DNA of 64,000 bases. It comes from Mesotaenium endlicherianum. Its lineage: Eukaryota. Below the pieces are notes generated by a model, which had not been told where the DNA came from, searched no databases, and worked only from the letters and a program-made list of their open reading frames with translations. Location of the stretch: the NCBI GenBank assembly GCA_009602735.1, contig WELA01000485.1:62001-126000 (forward strand), read 5' to 3'. The position numbers and the translations under genes were made by a program. Positions 25,194 to 36,144 of the stretch are shown one piece after another. How positions within the stretch are numbered: the stretch's first letter is position 1; every line of letters starts with the position of its first letter.

Positions 25194-27859
25194 CTTCTTG
25201 TGCTACCAAAGTGCCTAGCTCCGATACCACTGTAGTGAAACAGATAGATAAAGTACTTAGTAAAATAGAATAGTTCATCTATTCAAGACAAGGATCTTTG
25301 AACACAAGTGGTAGCTTCTTGAAAGAGAGATGGCTTCTTGAAAGTTAATATATTTCTGGATTTTGGCAAGTACAAGAGTGATTCTGGAATGTCTTTCTAT
25401 GTTCTAGCTCTTGTTTATATACTTGCTACATAAGTAATTTCTAGGAAGGTGTATGTTGATGTGTTGGCACCCAACACATCCCAAAACTTGCCACCTCTTT
25501 CTAGAATAATGTACACATGTCCTTTTGACCTAAAAATGGCACATTTGACTTTTTCCACATGGAGTTCTTCTAGGTCTTTCCTCTAACTTCGAAAATGCCT
25601 TGGAAGGTTCAAAGGACATGAACCAAGTTACTAGAGTACCTATTCACACTTGACTCCACACAATACTACTCCAAATATATTTGAAAACATTAAAATATAT
25701 GCAAACTAATATATAATAACTCAAATCACTACACCCATCTTGGACCAGCCCCAAGTTGCTCTACTAGAAGCTCGACAACTTCAGGGAGGCAGCCTGCCAC
25801 CATTAAGAATCAGCAAAAGACTTGTTGGAGGCAGCCTGCAAGAACAAGAAAGAGGAAAAATTGACATTAGACACTCTTCTCTTCTTGCAGTTTCTGGACA
25901 GAAAACTGATACCGCTACTGGTGATAAGTCTTTGCATAATAGGTTATGAACATTTATCAGGCTGCTGGCATTATTAGGGCAGGATATGCCTTCTGACATT
26001 GTGCCCTCCCCTGAACTTGAAAAGCTCTGAAACTCAAGACTCTGGTAGAACATCTTACAACGCCTTTTTTGAGACTTACTTTGCAGAATTTGGAGCAGTG
26101 TAGAAGGACTCATAATTTTTAGAAGTTTTTGCACAAATTCGGAGGAGTGCCTATTCTCTCAGCTCTCAACAACACTTCAAAAATTAGAATGCTCTTAAAT
26201 TTGGTGACCCAGTAGAGTTCTCCGATGCAGTCCGTCTGGCACTATAATTTTTAGATTTGAAGCACTTTTGTGGCCGCTATGAATTTTTGGATTCGTGGCA
26301 GATTCTGGGCCAACTTGTACAATTTTCTTTGTTATCAAGGAGTAGGCTAGTCAATAATGTCACACCACCCACGACCTTGCCTAGTCTACCTTACATGTGT
26401 AGCACCTGACTTGGCACTTTTGACTAGTCCTCTTTACATGGGTGGCATCTGACTTGAAGCTGTTGACTAGTCTGCTCCACATGTATAAGACCTGACTTGA
26501 CGTGCCGAGACGTCGCTTTTTCTATCCGGGGGGTGATGTAGTGATTTGAGTTATAATATATGAGTTTGCATATATTTTAATGCTTTTGAATATATTGGAG
26601 TAGTATTGTGTGGAGTCAAGTGTGAGTAGATACTCTAATGACTTGGTTCATGTCCTTTAAACTTTCTAAGGCATTTTCGAAGTTAGAGGAAGGACCTAGA
26701 AGAACTCCTTGTGGCAAAAGTCAAATGTGCCATTTTTAGGTCAAAAGGACATGTGTACATTATTCTAGGAAGAGGTGGCAAATTTTGGGATGTGTTGGGT
26801 GCCAACACATCAACATACACCTTCCAAGAAATTACTTATGTAGCAAGTATATAAATAAGAGCTAGAACATAGAAAGACATTCCAGAATCACTCTTGTACT
26901 TGCCAAATTCCAAAAATATATTAACTCTCAAAAAGCCATCTCTCTTTCAAGAAGCTACGCTTTGTGTTTAAAGATCCTAGTCTTGAATAGATAAAGTAAT
27001 ATTTTACTCAGTACTTCATCTATCTGTTTCACTACACAGAAGGTCTTGTCTCCATTTAAGTTGGAAGGGAAAAGTGCCAGTAAATGACTGTTAGTGTGCA
27101 AAAAAGGGACCGTTATTGACAGTAAACTGTTAGCACAACTGAAAGGGGCAGGGACTAGTTGCAATCATACTAAAGAGTGCAGCAACATATCACTAGGAAA
27201 GCTTAGAAAAATCACTCAACATATTGAGTAACAAGAAGCTTCTCACAAATAGATTAGGATGAAAGGCCTTGTCATTACCAACTCGTAGAAATTTACAGAA
27301 GTGAAAACTGATAAAAAATGAAGTAGTTATGCCTATTTATGGTTTTCTGACCTAAGTCCACCTCTCTAGACGGGAGGGCCGCTTAGCAACAGATTTTCCG
27401 AAGTGTTTGTCAAACGGTCCCTTCCAGAATATTTGTGAGTAGGCCAGATCAGTCTCATCGGACGTGTCGGGTTGATTTGACGTCCACATGCATGCATCGA
27501 AATATCTAGAATATACTAACTTAGACGCGCTAGGCTAATCCGAAACTTCTAGTAAATCGACCTGGTCGGCACTCCGCGTCAGCCGGAATTACGTGAAGGT
27601 TTGAGTTCACTCTAACGGCCCCAATTGCTCGACACTATTGATCAATCCGATGGTCGCGCTCACCGACAGTCGTCAACCGACCTCAAAACTAATTAAACTT
27701 TGGAAATCCATAACTCCCTCAATACTAAACCAAATTCGATGATCTTTATATCAAAATGACCACAAAAATGCACTCTACATTTCTAAGCAAGCAAAACATA
27801 CTTTCATTAAACTCAAAAATGCACTTTATAAATCTATGACCTTACATTATCCCCCTTCT

Positions 27860-30800
27860 CAAGATGCGACGTCCTCGACGCATTTTGCAAATCACGTCTC
27901 AACTTACGCTTACAATGAGTCAAGTTGGCCTCCAATTCCTAAGTGTTGTTGTCCGGATGGTAGCCTTTTTAGTGGACCAGATATTCTTGAACAAGTCGTT
28001 GACCTTGCTGGACTCGTCGATCGCCGACAATCGCCTCAACTTCATACTCCAATACATCATCGATCTCGACCGGTGGCGGCGGTGGAGGTAGTCGTCCTGG
28101 ATGTCCTTCGTTCGGGTCAATGTACGGCCGCAGGTAACTGACATGGAACACATCATATATATCCCAGTGTGAAGGAAGTTCCAACTTGTAGGCCACTGGA
28201 TTCACCTGATTCAGCACCAACAATGGACCTGTGAACCGTTCCCGTAGTTTACTCTTGCCCGTGAATGGTAGATTCTTTGTTGACAAGAGTACTTTGTTGC
28301 CTACGTGAAATGTCACTTCTCCCTTGGCTTGTTAGCATGCTTGACCTGCTTTGCTTGTGCCTTTCAAATACACGTTTTCGCCATGTCCCAAGTCTTGGCC
28401 ATCTGCTCCATAAACGCTTGTGTAGTAGGAACTTGAGTCTCCTTAGCCTTCTCCAAGAAGATGTTCACTGGATGATATACTTTTCTCCCATAAACCATAG
28501 TGAATGGAGACTGCTTGGTTGATCCTTGCATGCTGTTGTTGTAGGCGAACGCCAAACCTGGCAGCTTCTTGTCCCACTCTGAAGGATCTTCTATAGTAAA
28601 ACTCCTGAGCACCTCTTGCAAAGTTCTGTTGAGCCTCTCACTCTGCCCGTCTGTCTGAAGATGATATGATGTGCTCATACTCAGCATGGTCCCCATCAAA
28701 GTAAACAATGACCGCCAAAAGTTGCTTGTAAACCTTGGATCCCGATCTGAAACAATCATCTTCGACAACCCATGTAGCCTGAAGGTATAATAAAAGAATA
28801 GTCGTGCCACATCTGCTGCCGTACAAGTCTCCTTCGTGGAAATGAAGTGTGCCATCTTGCTGAGTCTATCAGACACAATCTATATTGCATCGTGCTCTTG
28901 ACCACTGACTGGTAACGATGTGATGAAATCCATAGCAATGTGCTCCCAAGGATACTCTGGAATGGGCTGGGGCTGCAATGTACCTCCCTTCTTTTGATTC
29001 GGTGTCTTGTTTCTCAAGCACGCATCGCAACTCCTGATCCACTCCTCGATGTCCTTGTCCATACTTCTCCAATAGTTGTCCAGCATATAAGCAGTCACGA
29101 TCCTCCGCAAGTAGTAAGTCTTGTAGCTCCTTGATGTCAGGTACCACCACTCTGTTGGAATCACCATAATACCATATGCCGTCCTTTTTCTGCATACTTG
29201 AGTTGAACTCAGTTGCCTCATCATAAGCAAACTCCGGGACCTCCTCATATCCTCTCTGAAGCTTCTTCGTGAAGTCCAAATTGTTCTTGATGACTGAGAC
29301 AGCTGGAAGGTCGCACCTCCTAGACAAAGCGTCTGCAGGGTTAATCTTCCCAGGTAAGTACTCGATCTTGTGGTCGAACTCTTGCAGAAACTCCATCCAC
29401 CTTGCCTGTCTTGGTGTCAACGTTGGTTGCGTCATGAACTTTTCCAAGCTCTTGTGATCGGTCTTGATAAACACCTTCCTGCCGTCCACATAACATCGCC
29501 AAATCCTCAAAGCCTGGATAATAGCCAACATCTTCCGCTCGTGTGCTGCATACTTTTGCTCGGCAAGACTCAACTTCCTGCTCTTGTACGCCACAGGTTG
29601 CAACCCTTTGCCCCAGTCCTGGAGATGAATAGCTCCCACTGCAAAGTTTGATGCGTCCGTGATGGTGGTGAAAGGAAGCTCTGGACTGGCAATTGCCAAC
29701 ACAGGTGCCTATATCAACAACTCCTTAATCTTCTCGAAGGCTTGTTGCTCCTTGTCACCCCATAGCCACTTCTCCTGCTTCTTCAACATGTCCGCGAGCG
29801 GTGCACACACCTTGGCAAATCCTTCAATGAAGCGTCAATAATAGTGTGCCACATCGAGGAAGCTCCTGAGTTGATGAACATCAACAGGTACCGGCCAATC
29901 TCTGACTGCTTGCACTTTCTTCTGCTCCACCTTGACTCCTTCAGCTTCCACTATGTGCCCAAGAAACTCGACCTTCTTGGGACATAATTTGCACTTGCTC
30001 ATCTTCCCATATAGCTTCTGATTTCTCAAGACCTCCAACACCTTCTTGAGATGCTCTACATGCTTCTCCAAGGTCTTCAAATAGATCAAGATGTCCAGAA
30101 ATACCACCACAAACTGGTCCAAGTAGGTCAGAAGATACTATTCATGAGCCCCATGAATGTAGCAGGTGCATTAGTCAATCCAAAAGGCATGACTGCGAAC
30201 TCGAATAAACCACAGCGAGTCCTGAAAGCAGCCTTCAGAACTTCTTCTTCCGTAATCCATACCTGATGATAGCCACTGCTCAAATCGATCTTCGAGAAAT
30301 ACCTCGCCCCGACAAGCCTGTCAATCAACTCGTCCACTCGTGGAAGTGGGTACCTGTTCTTGATGGTGATCTTATTGAGTGCTCGATAGTCGACACACAT
30401 CCTTATAGTCCCATCCTTCTTCTTCACAATTAAGACTGGAGCTGCAAATGGAGACTCGCTGGCTCGGATGAATCCCTTCTCCATTAACTTCGTCAGTTGC
30501 TTGTTCAACTCATCCAACTCCGCAACCGATTGTCAATAGGCGGGTCTCACTGGTGGCTTGCTCCTTGGTTCCAATTCGATCTTGTGCTCCATAGCTCTCT
30601 GTGGAGGTAATCCTGCAGGTAGCTCCTCAGAAAGTACGCACTTGAACTCCTCCAAAAGCGTCTTAATTTGGGCAGGCATCTCAGCAGGCTTCTTCTCTTG
30701 GGCAGTTGGGCTTTGCTCCATCTGAGCAAGGGAAGCAGACACCACTACTTGCTCCTCCGGCAAAGTACATTTGCCCAGGCTATTAGGATTCACGCTTGCT

Positions 30801-32231
30801 CCATCTGATGACCTGGCCAGGGCCACCGAAACAAGGTACATCTCCTTCACCTGATTCGCCCTGCATAGCTTCTTAACTTGCAGGCTCGACAGAAGACAGT
30901 TACTTGTGGTCGTATCTACCTCCACCTGTTTTGCTGTCTGCATTCGACCATCACGCCCTTAGACCTTCACTTGTCCTATGCTCCAGTGCACTTGAGGGTT
31001 GGCTTTCCTCAGCCATGGTCGGCCCAATATCACCTCATGGGGACCCAACTTTGCCTGCTCCAGAAGTTCAGTACTTTGGTGTCCCGCTACTTCCACGTGA
31101 ATAGCTTCCGTAGGTGCACCACACTTGAGTCTCTGCCCATTTGCCAAGATTGCCTCCTTAGGCTCATAATGTTTCTGCACAGGGAATCGGCACACTTTCA
31201 CAAGCTTCTTGTGCACAAAATTTGCACTTGCGCCACTGTTGACCATACACTTGGCCTTGTTGCCGTCGACTACTCCTTTCACAATAATAGGCTTGTCAAC
31301 TTCTTGTCTTTTGCTTCTCGACAGGCTCCTGGAGATAACCTCCTTGTGAGTTGATTCCTTCACGCCAGTAGACACCCCAGAATGACTGAGTGGCATCCTC
31401 CTTTTTCCTGCTGTTGAGGTTGCCTCGCCTTCACATGGCAGTCTCGAGCCAGATGCCCAAGCTTGCCACAATTATAGCATGGTCCTCTCGGTTGAAATTT
31501 GGCTGCCTGCGTTGGTATTGAACAAGTCCCAACTCCATAGGTACCGGACCTTGTCCACTCGTGCTTTGCGCTTGAGATCCAAAGAGTTGATGTCCTCCAA
31601 AGTTGTGGTTGCTCTACTGTCTCTGATTATACTCCACAACGTCAACCCTCGTCGCCAATGCCATCATTTCTCCAAGACTGGTAGGGTCCTTGGGCGCCAT
31701 TCCTTGGCCACAATTGGCTTGAGTCCCCTTTTGAACTTGTCCATCATCTCCGACTCGTGCATGGGTGGACATTGAAGCACCAGCTCGTTGAAGCGCGATA
31801 CATACTCCTGAACGCTTCCTCGTTGGCGAAGGCGCACCAATAGATCTTGAGCAGTAGCCTCGGGCGCAATAGGTTGAATTTGCCTCTTCAAGCCTTCAAA
31901 TAGCTGACCAACAGTAGCAGGAACTCCAGACAACTGCTCCTCTCGCTCATACCAAGCTCCTGCACTCTTCTTCAACAAAGTAATCACAAAAGCGACTTGC
32001 CGGTCGTGCGTGAGCGCAGAATACTCCATAAACTTTTTGACTTCAAAAATCCATCGATGAACAGGCGGTGATCCACGCTGTCCAGTGTACATTTCAGGCT
32101 TAGGCGCACGCACTCCCAATGCGGGTGGAATAGCTGGTTGCAGCACTGGATTAACATGGATTGGTGGTACAGCAGGTGCAGGTGCCGAACTGGTCAAAGC
32201 AGCATTCCCAACAACAACTCGCACCATTCTC
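27860..32231 (-). pseudogene. C1 gag-pol, fragmented; gag N-terminus lies at 37554-37740
   Basis: Gag LLKKSAGAWY; protease [21 protein letters not shown] and SKIDL; RNase H ITDAS; integrase SDRDPRF and DGQSER; chromodomain EYEVEAIV. Confidence 0.92.
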
Positions 32232-33021
32232 CACATGCAACACGCGCGGGTAAATTGACGGACACTTAAATTTGGCGCAGGAGGTACTCAAAAGTACCGA
32301 TTCGTTCGTTTCGCGTCACTTTGACGAAGTTAAGAAGGCGGATATTAATCTCTCTGCTGTCAGTTTCTAACTTCTTATTTACGCTCTTATAGCTCTAGTC
32401 TTTTTAGTGAAAGTTATAATATACTTGTAGGCAAGCCCAACGAGACAAACAGTGGGGATTGTTGTAAATTACAGAGACAACCACGCTTGCACAAACCGCC
32501 GAACTTGCAAGTACCTAGCTTACTAAAAGTAAGAACATGGCGTTTTTTGCTTTATACCAGCCGCGTTAACTCTCTGTGTAATTGATTATAATGCTCTATT
32601 CTTCATTTGAACGATGCTCAAATGAGTTGCTCCAGTACTCACCGTGGCTTTTCTTGCATAGATAAGCTTTCTTGCGCGATTTGGATTATAATTGTGTGGA
32701 GGGGTACTAGCGGGTTGAAGTAACCTGTATACAAACGGAAGAGTAAGAGGCCTCTTTGAAACGTAAAAAGGGCTATTTTCAACGTCTTTTTTCATCATTT
32801 AGGGTTGCAGGCTGATTTGATCAGTATGAGGGTTAACATAGTTTTGCACTAAAAGTCATTGTGAGCGGCCAGATAAAGATATGCCTTGCAACAAGAGCTG
32901 CAGAACAGTAATTACAACCATAGATTTGTCCTTTATATCTTCTTACATATCTTATGGTTTTGTTTACCGCGAAGTGGGGGTTTGACAAGTAAGGCAACCA
33001 AGTAAGTCTGCCAAGTGAGCC

Positions 33022-34157
33022 ATGTACAACATGGCCTCACTTCCAAACAACTTCAGCAATTGCGGCCTACAAAGAGGAAGAGGACTCTCCTACTGTGAGA
33101 GGTGCAGCAAGTCCTTCATGCGAGCCGTTGAGGTGGACCCTCAGGAGTGGCTTTCAAACTATAGGAGACGTCTGTATGCAAGGTAAGATTTTACTCCTCA
33201 GGCAGGTGTTCGCATGGTTGATGTGAATGTCCTAAAGCTTTGTTTGAGACTCTGTTTGAGAGAGTAGGCATAGAAGTCTCACATTATATCACCAAAACAG
33301 AGCCTATGGTGTCCAGGAGCATTTGAAGAGTTTGTTGGTCTGTAGAAGACTTAGATGCCCTCCCATCTTTTCAAAGTGAAAATGCCGATTTGGGCTATGG
33401 GGCAGCCAAGTTGTTACCAAAGTCAGGGGAGGTTGTTGCTATCATCCCCCCTTTCTTCATAGATTGGAGGATGAACAAGTCAAGAGAGAAAACACTTACT
33501 TTAAAATTTTCATTTTCAATCTTAAATAGGGGGGGGCATGTTGTGCTGGCTCCTGATCAGTGCTATGACAGACTAGTTTGGAAAGCACCACACAACATAG
33601 ACACTAGCACTCACATTCACTACAAGCTAGTTGATTATTGTCATAAGATGCTTGCTCGTGGACTTCGTGTTAAAGATTCCATGATAGAGGCTGCACACAT
33701 AGCAAGAGCAAGCCTTGTACAGAAGGAACAAGAGAGAGTTTTCCGAGAGAAAGAGAACTTAAGGAAAGCTTGCGAGTTGCAGGAAGCTACTGACTTAGCA
33801 GCTCGTGAATTAAGCATGCGTAGGAATGAGGATATGCGCACACCTGCACAAGTAAAAGCAGACTTTGATGTTGCCTTTCAACCTCTGCCTCCATCTGATA
33901 CTAAAGTAGCTAGGTAGGTTGCTATACAAGTCATGAGACATGTTAGGGAAAAGATTGCAGAGCAAGTCAGGCTGCTGCAGGTGCACGGAGCAGAGGAGGA
34001 CAGATTGCAAGAAGAGCGGCAGAAGGAGCGTGTGCAAGCGGCACCAAAGTTATTTGTTCCAGGCAAGAACCTGACAGGGCGAGAGCTCATGAAGAGAGCT
34101 CAAGAGATAGCTGCCTGCAGGAGGAAGCTACCACCTTTGGAGGTGAGCTGCCTATAG
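33022..34157 (+). pseudogene. Second, convergent gene of the RAG-like transposon; unknown protein with Cys-rich (possibly PHD-like) N-terminus and coiled-coil C-terminus
   Basis: From ATG 33022: ...SNCGL...YCERCSKSF...EWLSN, then a GTAAG donor at about 33183, ORFs 33390-33917 and 33933-34157, and a GTGAG donor at about 34144. Confidence 0.55.
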
Positions 34158-34214
34158 CTACTACCTAATTTTCTACCTAGCGCTACTTCTATTGTTTGTC
34201 TACAGCAGGTGCTT

Positions 34215-36144
34215 CTACATGCTTTCACTACAATCGCCAATTTTTGTCGTTCTTGTTCTTGTTACCAATGGTGCCAGCGCTTGTCTCTTGATGACCACCT
34301 TCTTTCTCTTCTTCCTTTCATTCCTAGTTATTGGCAGTTCTATGATGGATGACAGAGGTCTTTGCCCACTCTCTTGGTGCATAGTCTGAACTATCCTTCC
34401 TTTGCTATACACCCTCCTTGTAGCGTTGACCATGACCTGCTTCTTGTTGGTCTTAGCTGATTTTCTCCACTCAATGCCTTCACCACTAAATTGGTCAAGG
34501 TCCCCGTGTCTTCGTATCATGTCACCTATGTGGCATTTGAGGATGTGTATGTACTCTGTAATCTGGTCAGCAGCGCATGCCGCACAAACTTATCTTCAAA
34601 GTCATCAGCAAGTGCCTCCACAAGGGAAGCCTTTGCTTCTCTTTCTGCGTATGTGTCCTCTGAGGATATTGGCTCCATGAGGGCAGCCAAACACGCTCCA
34701 TATGCATCCCATGTCTCTAACACCGCCTGTGACTTTTCTGCGTCTATAGGCAGGTTACAAAAGACACGGGCCTACAGGTCACAAAAGACACAGGCTGCCA
34801 GCTCTACAAAGTGCTCCAGGAGGCGGTGGCACTCTCGACCGATGAAGCTTGGCTTCGCCGCCCGGTTTCTCTTCTCGCCTTTGCCGAGGGCCTTCATCGC
34901 CTCCTTAGGTATCTTTGCCTTTACTTTATCTTTAAGAATCTTGTAGAACTCATCTTCCTTCTTTTATCCTGGTGGTAGGAATGCATAGAGAGTTCTCTCG
35001 TACAAGGTTGCAGAGATCCGCAAGTTCAAATACAAAATGCAAACAACGCAGTCATTGGGCGGGATGTTAAATAGAGGGGGCTTCTTGTGCCTCTGTCCTT
35101 GGTGCTGCAGCTGGTAGTCTATCCTCGCCTTCGTGCTCTCCTTTTTTGGCTTACCTCGTGTCGTCTTCATGATATCATTGTCCATGTCTGACTTGTGCTC
35201 AAAGTGCATTGGGGACAGGTCATGGGCAATCTGTCCATGTCAGGAGCATGTGCTGCAGCCTTCATCCCCTCTAAGGTGCGGGAGACGCTCGCACCACGCT
35301 GACACCTGTCGTGGATGACCTTCGACGTCACGAGGCACCACAAACACGGGTACGTTGAGCTTGCTCCTGTCAGCTTGTACAAGCTATTATTGAACTTGTA
35401 GTCCCCACCTTGATACACTTTTACTCTAAATAGCCCACCCCCCACGTGCAAGCTTGCCTGATTGACCTCCTCCAAGTCTTCAAGCAGCCTTGAAGACACA
35501 GCTTGTATGCTGTTGTAATCGTCTTCGCCTTCAAAACACACGACTGTACAAGTATTCCTTGCTGAGTTTGTCATGCCCAAGTTATCTTTTGTAATGACTT
35601 TCACAGCAATGGTGGTCTGGTTCACTCCTCTATGTAGGACAGCCGCATCTCCAATAACCTGTACCCTTACAACTCGGTTTGGACGAAGCTCTAACTGTAG
35701 AATCCGTTGTCTCAGGACCTCATGCAATGACACGGTTACACTGAGTCCATCTGCACTCTCCCGGGGGCTGACATCTGCATATATTTTAGCTGCCAGCTTC
35801 CCTACCTTCCTCCTAGAAGCAATCTTGGGAAGACGAATACTTGTGCCTTGTAAACACTTGGGCTCCCACAACCCTGTCTATTGAGAGTAGGCCTTAGAAA
35901 ACATGTTCACAAGCATCTGATATTTCTCTTGGAAAAGTTTCAATCTGTACTTTATGGCCAATCCCAGCTTGTCATCCCACTGCTTTTGAATCTGCTTGAC
36001 AGTGGTTTCCTCTACGCGCGCCTTTAAGTGTAATTTAGCCATGATTGCTTCTAGCATGTCCTTGTTGTCAGGCTTGTTCAAGAAGGCAGTCAAGAACTTG
36101 GTCATGTTTGTCTCATCCTAGGAGGGCTGTTTTACAAGTTCCAT
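34215..36144 (-). pseudogene. RAG1-core/Transib-like DDE transposase (frameshifted)
   Basis: Ordered motifs: GLAIKYRLKLFQEKYQML; VIGDAA (D at 35647); GGDYKFNNSLYKLTGASSTYPCLWC (D at 35401); PPLFNIP..CVVCILYLNLRI; ITEYIHILKCHIGDMIRRHGDLDQFSGEGIE (E at 34470, translated by hand upstream of ORF 34215-34520). Confidence 0.85.

Larger units (their letters stand above)
16942..25733 (-). mobile_element. Chromovirus A2, full length with intact gag and pol
   Basis: 503-bp LTRs at 16942-17444 and 25231-25733. Perfect TSD CCCAT (16937-16941 / 25734-25738). PBS TGGTATCGGAGC (25218-25229, Met-i type). PPT at 17445-17454. Confidence 0.97.
12506..27036 (+). mobile_element. Chromovirus A1 (older, gag-deleted copy of family A)
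   Basis: 5' LTR 12506-13746 (interrupted), primer-binding site (PBS) TGGTATTAAAGC 13748-13759, PPT GGGGGGTGA, 3' LTR 26537-27036. TSD CAGGA 12501-12505 / CAGAA 27037-27041. Confidence 0.9.
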
